Below are positions 1-9,528 of a stretch of 64,000 nucleotides of DNA, in pieces (the stretch's first letter is position 1; each line of letters starts with the position of its first letter). A program made the translations under genes and the position numbers. Source of the DNA: Patescibacteria group bacterium (GTDB lineage: Bacteria > Patescibacteriota > Patescibacteriia > Patescibacteriales > BS150m-G62). The notes beneath the pieces are model-generated. The model made no database searches. It saw only the letters and a list, made by a program, of their open reading frames with translations, and had not been told where the DNA came from. Location: the NCBI GenBank assembly GCA_016784175.1, contig JADHVC010000002.1, forward strand, positions 330 through 64,329, in the 5' to 3' direction.

Positions 1-1
1 T

Positions 2-1246
2 GTTTGTGGTGATGGAATAATGCAAGCTTCAAACAGTGAAGTATGTGATGGTGCTGATGGTTTGGATGGTCAGAGTTGCCTTGGTGTTAATAATAATGTT
101 TTGTGTGATTCTACTTGTTCTGCTATGTATTGTAGTAATGGTGGGGTTGTGTATGCAGGTATGTGTGGAGACGCAGTTCGTCAAGGACCAGAGATTTGTG
201 AATCTGGAGAAACGAGTGTTTGCAATACTTTGACAGATTATGCAGGAACAAAATTGTGTGCGGCGGGATGTGCTGCTTGGTCAAATGAATGTACTAGCGC
301 ATTATTTTGCGGAGACCGTATTGTTAATGGAACCGAACAGTGCGAAGCACCAGGCAATGGAACAGGTCCTAATAATCAATATGCTTGTACGAATTGTCGA
401 TGGACTGGCGGTTACTGTGGTGATAGTGTTGGGCAAGGAGCGGAAATTTGCGATGGTAGTGACCTAAAAGGCGGAACTTGCGCTTCGCAAGGTTTTAAGA
501 TGGGAACCTTAGCTTGTAATTCTGATTGTAAAACGTTTAATACCAGTGCTTGTATAAATACAGCCACCCTTACGGGTAATGTAAAAGCAGTTAAAACTGG
601 TGCTAATATCGCCGGTGCTACCATTACTGTTGCAGGCAAAACTGCTACAACTGACGCTGCTGGTAATTTTAGTATCACAGATCTTCAAACTAACGCTACT
701 TATACTGCTACAATAGTTGCAAATGGGTTTGCGAATAATACCAGCTATTCGTTCAATTTTACTGGGGCAACAAATATCGAGCCATATCTATTCCCTGCTG
801 GCTGGCCTGGTGGTGTTCTTGCAGTTGTTACTCGTTGGAATGGCAAGCCAACTGACTTGGACCTTTACATGGCAAAAGATACAAATGAATCCATTAGTCT
901 ACCTTATAATACAGCTACAGCTGGGGGTGTACAGGCAAGTTATAATACTGTACCTAAAGGTGGAATGGTCAGTAATGGCGATATGTATAGCAGTGTTGGT
1001 CAAGAAATGATTACTATTACGGCGGTTGACACTTCAAAAATATATCATGCTTACGCTAAGGATGCCAGTTCTCTTCAGGGCTATGATGCTAATGTGAGAG
1101 CGCTAGTTTTTGATGGCACTGGTCGTCTAATAAAGACATTGAATGGTGCGTCTCAACCAACTAGTAAATATTGGAATCCATTTAAAATAACCTTTACATC
1201 TGCAACGAACTTTACAGTTACCGATGTTAATACTTATTCAAATTAA
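2..1246 (+). CDS. C-terminal part of a secreted cysteine-rich repeat surface protein (CGDG..EqCD repeats followed by a carboxypeptidase-regulatory-like beta-sandwich); 5' end lies outside the window
   Basis: Frame is open from base 2 (VCGDGIM...). Repeated CGD-x-EICD/EQCE motifs of the myxobacterial cysteine-rich type, then TLTGNV...GATITV...TTDAAGNFSI. Confidence 0.75.
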   Translation, partial: VCGDGIMQASNSEVCDGADGLDGQSCLGVNNNVLCDSTCSAMYCSNGGVVYAGMCGDAVRQGPEICESGETSVCNTLTDYAGTKLCAAGCAAWSNECTSALFCGDRIVNGTEQCEAPGNGTGPNNQYACTNCRWTGGYCGDSVGQGAEICDGSDLKGGTCASQGFKMGTLACNSDCKTFNTSACINTATLTGNVKAVKTGANIAGATITVAGKTATTDAAGNFSITDLQTNATYTATIVANGFANNTSYSFNFTGATNIEPYLFPAGWPGGVLAVVTRWNGKPTDLDLYMAKDTNESISLPYNTATAGGVQASYNTVPKGGMVSNGDMYSSVGQEMITITAVDTSKIYHAYAKDASSLQGYDANVRALVFDGTGRLIKTLNGASQPTSKYWNPFKITFTSATNFTVTDVNTYSN

Positions 1247-1295
1247 TAGCTTCTGTTAAAGTAACTAATTTATTTCAATTCAAGCATAAAAAATT

Positions 1296-2036
1296 ATGAC
1301 TATCCCTCACTACTATATTAAATTTATTGCATTCTTTGGTTGTCTATTTCTTCTCTCTATTTTGTTTTTTGTGTTTAATCGTGGTGCTAACGATGGTGTA
1401 AAGACCGTTCAGGTAAAAAATGAAGGTGCATTAACCGAAACTGCCCAAGAGAATAGTAAAAATGTTACAGTTGAGGTAAAAAATGAAGGTGCATTAACCG
1501 AAACTGCCCAAGAGAATAGTAATAATATTGTTGGAAAAAGTGAGCAAGATGTAAGCCCAGTGGTTGTAGATGAAGTTGTTACCATAAATATTGAAACTAT
1601 TAAATCAGAAGAAAATGACTATTTAACTGACGCTGAAAAAGAGGGTCTTGGTATTCGAAAAACAGTAATAGTAAAAGCATTAGAGCGTGATACTAATGGT
1701 CGTGTTTTGTCTTTTAAGATAGAAAAAGACCCTTTATTTATTGACTCCGATGAAGATGGTCTGTCAGACTCAGAAGAGGAAAATGAATTTGGTACCGATA
1801 AAAATAACTATGACACAGATGGTGATAATGCCTCCGACGGTGACGAAGTTATGAATGGCACTAATCCTCTTGTAAACGAAAATCTTCTAGACTCTGATAA
1901 CGACGGTCTTACTGATGCGCAAGAAATGGGTAAATACAAAACTGATAAAAATAATGCCGATACAGACGGAGACGGTTACTCCGATGGCGATGAAATAAAT
2001 GCTGGGTTTAATCCATTGGGCGAGGGTAAGTTATAA
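1296..2036 (+). CDS. Membrane-anchored protein with thrombospondin type-3-like Ca-binding DxDxDG repeats
   Basis: N-terminal hydrophobic helix; DSDEDGLSD, DTDGDNASD, DSDNDGLTD and DTDGDGYSD repeats ending GFNPLG. Confidence 0.8.
   Translation: MTIPHYYIKFIAFFGCLFLLSILFFVFNRGANDGVKTVQVKNEGALTETAQENSKNVTVEVKNEGALTETAQENSNNIVGKSEQDVSPVVVDEVVTINIETIKSEENDYLTDAEKEGLGIRKTVIVKALERDTNGRVLSFKIEKDPLFIDSDEDGLSDSEEENEFGTDKNNYDTDGDNASDGDEVMNGTNPLVNENLLDSDNDGLTDAQEMGKYKTDKNNADTDGDGYSDGDEINAGFNPLGEGKL
1411..1522 (+). repeat. Exact 49-bp intragenic direct repeat (63-bp period, in frame)
   Basis: aggtaaaaaatgaaggtgcattaaccgaaactgcccaagagaatagtaa at 1411-1459 and 1474-1522; encodes VKNEGALTETAQENS twice. Confidence 0.95.
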
Positions 2037-2070
2037 GCGAAAAAGTGATGCAGATATAGTGAGCAGTTAC
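2034..2070. mobile_element. Partial MITE copy (one terminal arm)
   Basis: taagcgaaaaagtgatgcagatatagtgagcagttac matches the end of the 189-bp repeat and overlaps the TAA stop of the upstream CDS. Confidence 0.85.
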
Positions 2071-2117
2071 TTATAAAAGAAATAAAGATAAATTGTTTTA
2101 AAATAAATTAATAATAA

Positions 2118-2154
2118 AAAAATCACTAACAATTTCGTTGGTGATTTTATTTTT
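2118..2154 (+). terminator. Probable intrinsic terminator
   Basis: aaaatcactaac-aatttc-gttggtgatttt hairpin followed by a T-rich tract. Confidence 0.6.
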
Positions 2155-2250
2155 GTAACTTTACTTAAGCGTTAATTTTTTGATATTTTAGTAGTTCCCT
2201 AGGAGCTATTTTTTTAGTATAATATATGTATAATCTATTCAAATATATTA

Positions 2251-3621
2251 ATGGTGGAAATTATACAAAAATATCTCACACTACCTCAAGAAATTCGGGC
2301 TAAACTAGCTAGTCCGGAAATTTTAAGCGTTGTGGAAAAATTAGAAGGTAAGTATGAACGAAAACTTTCCCAAGTAATAATGAGAGTGATGATAAAAGAA
2401 TTAGAAGTCTCTGAGCTTGTTGATCAGTTTGTTTATATCCACAAACTAGAGAGAGGCTTAGCAGAAGAATTAGTAGCAGATTTGAAAAAAAATATTTTTT
2501 GCCTGGTGCACGAATACATTAACTGGGATGATCCCATGTGCAGTGTCTTAAATGAAAACAAACAATTAGTTAGTGCTATACAGCCAGAGAATAACCAGGA
2601 AATAGAAGCTAAGATCGAAAGTATTTTAAATCAGGCTAATTTAAGTTTCGCATCTTCTGTGCTTAATGCAAGGATGCGCGACATTATAAAGACAAATTTA
2701 ATTGGAGTGCGTGATTGTATAGCAACGAAAGAAACTCTAATGAAGTCTATAAAAAGTGGGGGTCTAGGTTTGAGCGAAGAAAGTGTTGAAAAAATAATAA
2801 AAAATTTAAAATGTGAGGTTAAAGCAGTTCAGGCACAAGCTCAAGAAATTAAAGACAATATTATAAAAGCTCAAGAGAAAGTTTCGGTCAAGCCATTACA
2901 AAGAGATGTCGAATATAATTTTACACAATTTACTAAACCAGCAAATGTAGGCGTCTTTGATGTTCCAAAGTCTGTTGCCAAACCAAGGCAAAGGGTTCCT
3001 GTGATAGAAGAGCCAACCACTGCATCTCAAAAGAAGGCCAAGGCAGTACTAGAGGCATATGGCACATTGGGTACGAGTGCGAGTAAGCAAGAGCGACCAA
3101 AGAAAGAAGGTTTTTTTAGAAGCTTAATGTCAATCATGCCTAGCAAAAAAGACCAAGAAAGAGTTCAAGAGATCGAAAGGCAAAGGCGAACTCAAAGTAA
3201 ATATAGGGTTGTTACGCCAAGTAATTTAGCTCAAGTTAGTCAAGTTACTTCTGACGGAAAAGTAAAAATGGAAGATATTCGCTATATCCCACGCACTATG
3301 GGCCCAATCGACGAGATTGCCAGCTTTAATTTAGTTGACTTAAGGCGTTTGCACAATAATCCACAAACAGCTATAATAAAGATAAGAGAAAAGATAAATT
3401 TAATTGGTGAAGAGGGTATCTTAAGAAGGCAGGAAGCCAAACATGCTTGGCGATCAAGCCCTACAAACAGAACCTATCTAGAGATCGGTCAACTTTGTAT
3501 TAAGGAAGGCAAAACAGTTGATGAAGTAATTGAATCTCTTAAGGATGCTGGAAAGAATTATTTAAATATTGATGAGTTCAATGCCATTTCAGAGCTAAAT
3601 AATCAACTAAGATATGATTAA
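2251..3621 (+). CDS. Conserved hypothetical protein heading the T4SS-like cluster
   Basis: 456-aa ORF, 9 nt upstream of the prgI-like gene; no recognisable catalytic motif. Confidence 0.7.
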   Translation: MVEIIQKYLTLPQEIRAKLASPEILSVVEKLEGKYERKLSQVIMRVMIKELEVSELVDQFVYIHKLERGLAEELVADLKKNIFCLVHEYINWDDPMCSVLNENKQLVSAIQPENNQEIEAKIESILNQANLSFASSVLNARMRDIIKTNLIGVRDCIATKETLMKSIKSGGLGLSEESVEKIIKNLKCEVKAVQAQAQEIKDNIIKAQEKVSVKPLQRDVEYNFTQFTKPANVGVFDVPKSVAKPRQRVPVIEEPTTASQKKAKAVLEAYGTLGTSASKQERPKKEGFFRSLMSIMPSKKDQERVQEIERQRRTQSKYRVVTPSNLAQVSQVTSDGKVKMEDIRYIPRTMGPIDEIASFNLVDLRRLHNNPQTAIIKIREKINLIGEEGILRRQEAKHAWRSSPTNRTYLEIGQLCIKEGKTVDEVIESLKDAGKNYLNIDEFNAISELNNQLRYD

Positions 3622-3630
3622 AATAAAGGC

Positions 3631-4056
3631 ATGAGAAAGTTTACCGTACCACAATTTATCGATATAGAAGACAAAATACTTGGTCCATTAACAGTGAGGC
3701 AATTTTTGATAATGTTAGTGTGTTTTATGGTTCTCTTTATCTACTATAAGGTTTTTGATTTTACTTTATTTGTTGTGGCTGGATTACCAACATTCGGAGT
3801 CTTTGGAGTTCTGGCTTTTACTAAAGTTAACGGAAGACCATTCCATTATTTTATACTTAATTTAATTCAGACCGCAAAAAAACCAGGGCTTAGGGTGTGG
3901 AGCAATGCCGACATAGATAATTTATCCGAAATCGAAGAATTTGTAAAAGAAGAGCTAGACTACATTCCAATATCTGCTACGCCAGTAAGTTCTTCAAGAT
4001 TAACCGAATTGTCACTGGTGGTAGATACTACTGGAACATATAAAGGTAAAGCATAA
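3631..4056 (+). CDS. PrgI family (VirB3-like) membrane protein
   Basis: VPQFIDIEDKILGPLTVRQF motif, two TM helices, GRPF motif; upstream of the VirB4-like ATPase. Confidence 0.85.
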   Translation: MRKFTVPQFIDIEDKILGPLTVRQFLIMLVCFMVLFIYYKVFDFTLFVVAGLPTFGVFGVLAFTKVNGRPFHYFILNLIQTAKKPGLRVWSNADIDNLSEIEEFVKEELDYIPISATPVSSSRLTELSLVVDTTGTYKGKA

Positions 4057-4074
4057 ATATAAAATTATTACGAC

Positions 4075-4764
4075 ATGGCAAAACCAAAGCCTGACAATTT
4101 AGCTAGCAATAAGATCAGAACTGCTACTCAAAAGTATTTAGATATTACTGAAATAAAAGAAGATACAGTAATTTTACGAGATGGAGGTATGCGAGCAGTT
4201 ATGCTGGTTTCGAGTATAAATTTTGCCTTAAAGAGTGAGGATGAACAAGAAGCCCTTGTGTCTGGGTATATTAGTTTTTTAAATACCCTTGATTTTCCTT
4301 TGCAGATTGTAATTCAGTCTCGCGAACTTGATATGGATTCCTATATTAAAGAACTTCGAGAAAAAGAAAGGGAGCAAACAAACGAACTACTCAAAATGCA
4401 AATGCATGAACATACAGCTTACATCGAAGAACTTATCTCGATTGGAAGGATCATGAATAAAAGGTTTTATGTGGTTGTGCCGTATCATCCAGGGTCAGAC
4501 TTGCATAAAAGCTTTTTTTCTTCACTAGCTGATGCATTTAAGCCAGCCGTTTTAATCAGGATTAAAGAAAAAGTTTTTTGGAAGAAAAGAGATGAGCTAA
4601 CAAAACGAGTTGTTAGAGTTAAATCTGGTCTATCGTCTGTTGGTTTAACGGCTGTTGATTTAGATACTCAAGCATTAATTGAGCTTTATTATAATAGTTA
4701 TAATCCTGTTACGTCTGCAAGAGAAAAAATGACTAATGTCCAAGATTTAAGAGTGATAACTTGA
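4075..4764 (+). CDS. Protein resembling the VirB4/TraC N-terminal region, part of the T4SS-like cluster
   Basis: VSSINFALKSEDEQEA...FLNTLDFPLQIVIQSR and FYVVVPY motifs; lies between prgI and virB4. Confidence 0.65.
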   Translation: MAKPKPDNLASNKIRTATQKYLDITEIKEDTVILRDGGMRAVMLVSSINFALKSEDEQEALVSGYISFLNTLDFPLQIVIQSRELDMDSYIKELREKEREQTNELLKMQMHEHTAYIEELISIGRIMNKRFYVVVPYHPGSDLHKSFFSSLADAFKPAVLIRIKEKVFWKKRDELTKRVVRVKSGLSSVGLTAVDLDTQALIELYYNSYNPVTSAREKMTNVQDLRVIT

Positions 4765-4785
4765 TATATTTCATGAATAAAAAAA

Positions 4786-6723
4786 ATGATTGATCCATTT
4801 AAATTTCAACAACAAGAAGCAGAAATTGCCGAGAAAAAAAAGTTGGTCGCAATAAAAGACGAAAAGCAAGTCGCACAAGCTGTTGAGTCAACGGAAGAAC
4901 TTGTAGAAGAGGAAAAGACCTATCGGAGGGGCGCTATCTCTATTCGAGATTTAATTGCCCCAGCTAGCATAAAAATAATGCCTGACTATTTACGGTTGGG
5001 GTCTAAATACGTGAGAACTATTTTTGTGGTTAATTATCCGCGTTATATTAGTGTTGGTTGGTTTACGCCGATTGTTAATTTAAACCAGACCTTTGATATT
5101 GCCATGTACTTTTACCCAATAAAAAGTTCTGTAATATTAGACCAACTGAAGAAAAAGGCCGGAGCAATGGAGGCTCAAATTCTAGCTGATGCGGAAAAAG
5201 GTGCAGCTCGTGATCCGCTTAGAGAAACCGCACTCCGCGATATTGAAGAATTACGCGATAATCTTACCCAGGGAACAGAAAAGTTTTTTCAATTTGGGCT
5301 TTATGTAACAATATATACCGAGTCAGAAGACGAGTTAGACAAGCTTTCAGATGAAATAGAAAGCCTATTTGGATCTCGTTTAGTTTATTCAAAAAAGGTG
5401 TTTTATCAATCTGAACAGGGTTTTAACTCTACTCTTCCACTTAGCAATGATGAGCTATATATAGTATTTAACATGAATTCATCGCCGGTTGCGTCTTCTT
5501 TTCCTTTTATGTCCTGTGACCTAACAAGCGACCACGGTGTGCTTTACGGTGTAAATAGACACAATAATAGTTTGATAATTTTTGATAGGTTTAGTTTGCA
5601 AAATGCTAATACTGTTGTGTTTGCTACATCTGGTGCTGGTAAAAGTTATGCTATCAAATTGGAAGTACTAAGAAGTTTAATGTTAGGAACAGATGTAATA
5701 ATTATTGATCCAGAGTACGAATATAAACACTTGTCCGATGCAGTTGGTGGTACATATATTAATATTTCATTAGCTAGTGAAAGCAAGCTTAATCCTTTTG
5801 ATTTACCTCGAGCTATCGGTGAGGAAGCTAAAGCAGAAGACATCATTAGAAGTGCCGTCATTACAATTAAAGGTCTAATAAAATTGATGGTTGGATCATT
5901 AACTTACGAAGAAGATTCAATAGTTGATAGAGCATTATTAGAAACTTATGCAAAAAAAGATATTACTCCCGAGAGCGATCTAACTAAAGTCGAAGTTCCA
6001 ATTATGCAAGATTTTTATGATCTTTTAGACGGCATGGAAGGTGGATCAAATATTGCATTAAGATTATCAAAATACACAGAGGGTACATTTGCTGGGTTAA
6101 TTAATAATCCCACCAATGTTGAAATGGACAATCAGCTTGTATCTTTTTCAGTAAGAGACTTAGAAGACGAATTAAGACCAATTGGAATATATACAATTGT
6201 AAACTATATCTGGAATGTAGTAAGGTCGGAAAGGAAAAAACGTATTCTTGTGATTGATGAGGCATGGTGGTTAATGCAAAGTGAAGATTCTGCTAAGTTT
6301 GTTTTTGCTTTAGTGAAGCGATGCAGAAAATATTATTTAGGTGTAACAACTATAACTCAAGATGTAAACGATTTTTTAACTTCCCCTTATGGTAAGGCGA
6401 TTGTAACGAACTCAAGTTTACAAATATTATTAAAACAATCTCCAGCTGCTATCGATCTAATCCAAAAAACATTCATGCTAACAGATGGTGAGAAATACTT
6501 ATTGTTAGAGTGTGGTATAGGTGAAGGAATATTCTTTGCAGGTAATAAGCATGCTGCTATCAAGATCGTGGCTTCTTATACAGAAGATCAACTCATCACT
6601 TCTGATCCTGGGCAATTAATGGCGATAGAGGGAGAAAAGAAGGAATTCGAAGAACATCAAAAGCAACTAAGGGGGGAAGCTGGTGAAGAGGGTGCGCCTG
6701 GTGTTGAGGACCTAGATATATAA
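4786..6723 (+). CDS. virB4: VirB4-like type IV secretion/conjugation ATPase
   Basis: Walker A ATSGAGKS, IIIDPEYEY, LNPFD, Walker B ILVIDEAW, RKY...ITQ motif. Confidence 0.9.
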   Translation: MIDPFKFQQQEAEIAEKKKLVAIKDEKQVAQAVESTEELVEEEKTYRRGAISIRDLIAPASIKIMPDYLRLGSKYVRTIFVVNYPRYISVGWFTPIVNLNQTFDIAMYFYPIKSSVILDQLKKKAGAMEAQILADAEKGAARDPLRETALRDIEELRDNLTQGTEKFFQFGLYVTIYTESEDELDKLSDEIESLFGSRLVYSKKVFYQSEQGFNSTLPLSNDELYIVFNMNSSPVASSFPFMSCDLTSDHGVLYGVNRHNNSLIIFDRFSLQNANTVVFATSGAGKSYAIKLEVLRSLMLGTDVIIIDPEYEYKHLSDAVGGTYINISLASESKLNPFDLPRAIGEEAKAEDIIRSAVITIKGLIKLMVGSLTYEEDSIVDRALLETYAKKDITPESDLTKVEVPIMQDFYDLLDGMEGGSNIALRLSKYTEGTFAGLINNPTNVEMDNQLVSFSVRDLEDELRPIGIYTIVNYIWNVVRSERKKRILVIDEAWWLMQSEDSAKFVFALVKRCRKYYLGVTTITQDVNDFLTSPYGKAIVTNSSLQILLKQSPAAIDLIQKTFMLTDGEKYLLLECGIGEGIFFAGNKHAAIKIVASYTEDQLITSDPGQLMAIEGEKKEFEEHQKQLRGEAGEEGAPGVEDLDI

Positions 6724-6756
6724 TATAATAAATATAAAAGTGAAGTTTTGTGTTTT

Positions 6757-7380
6757 ATGCCTAGAAATTTAATCGCATTAATAATTATAATAGTTGGTTT
6801 TTTGATGATTATTGGGATCAGTATTTTTATATACCAAGCTTCTAAGAGTCAACCAGATCAAGCGGTTACTGTAACCATTCCAAAAGAAGTTGCAGAAAAA
6901 GTTGCCACCGATACTCCGGTAGAATCTATCACAGCGAAAAAAAAATCGGTTGTAATTGAACAAAAAAAACAGCCCGAAGTTGTTGAAAAAAGCAGTGATG
7001 AAGAAGCTTTAGAGCGAATAGCTGGTAGTTTTATTGAGCGCTACGGAACACAATCAACAGCATCAAATTACTCAAATTTAGAAGATTCTCTTGTGTATAT
7101 GAGTGAAAAAATGAAAACGGAAACAAAAAACGAGCTTATTCAATTAAGGGCGGGTGGTGATGATATTAACGATTATCAAGGAATGACAACAAGAGCTGTC
7201 TCAAAAAAAATTATCGAATACGATAAAGAAAATGGAAGCGCAAAGGTGACAATTGGGACGATTAGAGCAAAGCTAAATGGGGATGTTCAGGATTTATCCA
7301 GAAAAAAACAGAATGTTGAAGTGCGTTTCGTGAAAGAATCTGGTACATGGAAGGTTGATGGTGTTGTTTGGGCAAAATAA
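6757..7380 (+). CDS. Bitopic membrane protein with a probable NTF2-like C-terminal domain (VirB8/TcpC-like)
   Basis: ATG at 6757 preferred over TTG 6748; single TM helix, linker, C-terminus V.FVKESGTWKVD typical of NTF2-like folds; directly after virB4. Confidence 0.55.
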   Translation: MPRNLIALIIIIVGFLMIIGISIFIYQASKSQPDQAVTVTIPKEVAEKVATDTPVESITAKKKSVVIEQKKQPEVVEKSSDEEALERIAGSFIERYGTQSTASNYSNLEDSLVYMSEKMKTETKNELIQLRAGGDDINDYQGMTTRAVSKKIIEYDKENGSAKVTIGTIRAKLNGDVQDLSRKKQNVEVRFVKESGTWKVDGVVWAK

Positions 7381-7415
7381 TCGCAAGACTTAAATAAAAG
7401 TAACATTAAATAATT

Positions 7416-8093
7416 ATGCAAAAGCGATATAAATTTGAAGGGGCAAGAAATATAAACTATTTATTTATTGCACAACTAATTTTGCTTGCGGTTATCACTT
7501 TTGTTTCTTCTAGGGTTATTATAAACAATGCTTTAGCTGATGAGGTTAATTTAGCAGAAAAGCTTAGCGGGCAAATATTAATTAATACAGAAAATGATGG
7601 CGAGCTTTGGTATGTAGATCCTACCACAAACAAAAGATTGTACCTAGATAGCGCTGATTTTGCCTATACTCTTTTAAGATCACGGGCAATTAGCACAAGT
7701 GCTCAGTCCATTAACGGATTACCAATGGGTCTTCTAAATGTAACTGATACTGATACAGATAGTGATGGTATTAGTGATAGGCTTGAAAAGATAATTGGTG
7801 GTAATGTTTACAGTGTTGATACTGACAATGATGGATTTGATGATAAAAATGAGGTATTAAGTAATTACAATTTAAATGGGAGCGGAAAGAAGATGTTAGA
7901 TAGTACTTTAATCGACAGCTTTCGAGGATATTTTATTTTGAATGTAGATGATAGTGATTCTGTTTGGTATATAAGTCCACGAGATTCTCGCAGGTACTTT
8001 ATTGGGGGTCCGCTAGATTTTAGCGCTGTTGTTAAGCAATTAGCTATTGGTATTAATCTTCAAGATCTAGGCGAAATTGAGAGTGAGGAATAG
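7416..8093 (+). CDS. Secreted protein with a duplicated GxILL..GEAWYVxP-type domain and DxDxDG repeats
   Basis: Signal peptide; GQILINTENDGELWYVDP...RLYL and GYFILNVDDSDSVWYISP...RYFI; same module as the C-termini of 35701..37950 and 42878..44170. Confidence 0.75.
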   Translation: MQKRYKFEGARNINYLFIAQLILLAVITFVSSRVIINNALADEVNLAEKLSGQILINTENDGELWYVDPTTNKRLYLDSADFAYTLLRSRAISTSAQSINGLPMGLLNVTDTDTDSDGISDRLEKIIGGNVYSVDTDNDGFDDKNEVLSNYNLNGSGKKMLDSTLIDSFRGYFILNVDDSDSVWYISPRDSRRYFIGGPLDFSAVVKQLAIGINLQDLGEIESEE

Positions 8094-8859
8094 TTTAATG
8101 AAGATGACGGAAGGGTGGTCGGTAATAAAAATTAAAAACTTCATTCTCGACTTGCTTTTCCCGATAGAATGTTTTGGTTGTGGGAAAGAAGATATTTGGT
8201 TGTGCAAGCAATGTCACAAAAAAATAGCCTTCAATATAGATCAAAGTTGCTTAAAGTGTGGCGATGCTAACAATTTTGGTGAATTTTGTAAAAATTGTAA
8301 AAAGGATTCTTTTTTAGATGGTGTTCTAGTAGCTAGTTTTTATAAAGATGAAATTACAAAAAATTTAATTAAAAGCTTGAAATATTATTTTGCCAAAGAC
8401 ATCGCAAAAATATTAGGCGAATTTATAAATCTTTTTTTAAGAAACCAGTTGAATAAAGCTTGGCTAATCAAGCAAAGTAAAGATATTCCGCAATTCTTTA
8501 AAGACTTTAATGATGCTTTGTTAATTCCGGTTCCACTACATCCGAGGCGAGAGAGATGGCGCGGTTTTAATCAGTCTTTAAAGCTAGCTCAAGAAGTTAT
8601 TAAGCATTATCAATTTGAACTTTGTGATAATAAGCTAAAAAGAATAATACATAAAAAAGCCCAAGCTAAATTGCAAAATAGTCAACGGGAAGAAAATATT
8701 AATGGTTGCTTTGAGTGGCAAGGTCAAAATTTGGAAGGTAGGAACGTTATTATAATTGATGATGTGGTTACAACCGGCTCAACTCTACAAGAAATTGCTC
8801 GAGTTTTAAAAGAAAATGGCTCCGGCGAAGTATGGGGTTTGGCAGTAGCAAAGGGGTAA
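8077..8859 (+). CDS. comF: ComF family competence protein (double zinc ribbon + PRTase domain); true start may be ATG 8098
   Basis: LLFPIECFGC...LCKQC...CLKC...CKNC zinc ribbons, PVPLH..R...RGFNQS, IIIDDVVTTGSTL. Confidence 0.9.
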   Translation: MRVRNSLMKMTEGWSVIKIKNFILDLLFPIECFGCGKEDIWLCKQCHKKIAFNIDQSCLKCGDANNFGEFCKNCKKDSFLDGVLVASFYKDEITKNLIKSLKYYFAKDIAKILGEFINLFLRNQLNKAWLIKQSKDIPQFFKDFNDALLIPVPLHPRRERWRGFNQSLKLAQEVIKHYQFELCDNKLKRIIHKKAQAKLQNSQREENINGCFEWQGQNLEGRNVIIIDDVVTTGSTLQEIARVLKENGSGEVWGLAVAKG

Positions 8860-9020
8860 GTGGGCGATGTTTGGTGTATTTTTGGGTTAAAAAAGGATCA
8901 TGCAGAATACCTGGGGTCAGTTAGCGATTCGCTCAAAATTTAGAAACGCTTTATTCCGAAGTGTTAATTGAAAATGGTAATATATTTTGCTAAAAAATAT
9001 ATCTCAATCTATATTTAAAA

Positions 9021-9050
9021 AAAATAAGGTCAGTTTTAGCTGACCTTTTT
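9021..9050. terminator. Bidirectional intrinsic terminator between convergent comF and the small ORF
   Basis: aaggtcag-ttttag-ctgacctt stem flanked by A-tract and T-tract. Confidence 0.7.
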
Positions 9051-9076
9051 GGTTAATAAGCGTCTTGTGTTCTGGT

Positions 9077-9328
9077 TTATGGGTACTTAATCGTAGTGTC
9101 AAAACTTCTATTCCGCGAGTTGAATGCTCCTTCATTAATTCTCCGAAAAGTTTTTGCTATGAAAACTGCTTCTTTTGTTTGTGCATGCGTAGCCAGCTTT
9201 TTGTTTATTAAAGAGTCAAGATGCATGATATCACCTAGCTCTGTTGCTTCAGATTCAACATAGACTCGTTTGGAGGAAGCCCGTCCGCCGTTAGTAAGAG
9301 TGCCTGTAATAATCCAGTAGTTTGCCAT
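9077..9328 (-). CDS. Small hypothetical protein (83 aa)
   Basis: ATG at 9328 preceded by GGAG SD (ggagataaaaATG); own downstream terminator. Confidence 0.6.
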   Translation of the reverse strand: MANYWIITGTLTNGGRASSKRVYVESEATELGDIMHLDSLINKKLATHAQTKEAVFIAKTFRRINEGAFNSRNRSFDTTIKYP

Positions 9329-9528
9329 TTTTATCTCCATCGTTAAGTGTGTGGTTACATTGTATTAGAAAATACCTATTTAAAAATTAGGCAATAAAAA
9401 GATCGATTCTACTACTATCTAATCAGTTTTATTTGTATATGTCAAATACTAGGTCTATAATTACTCACTATATCTATATATTTTTTAAATTTCTTGCTTA
9501 TTACCCTAAAATGAGTTTAAATTAGATT

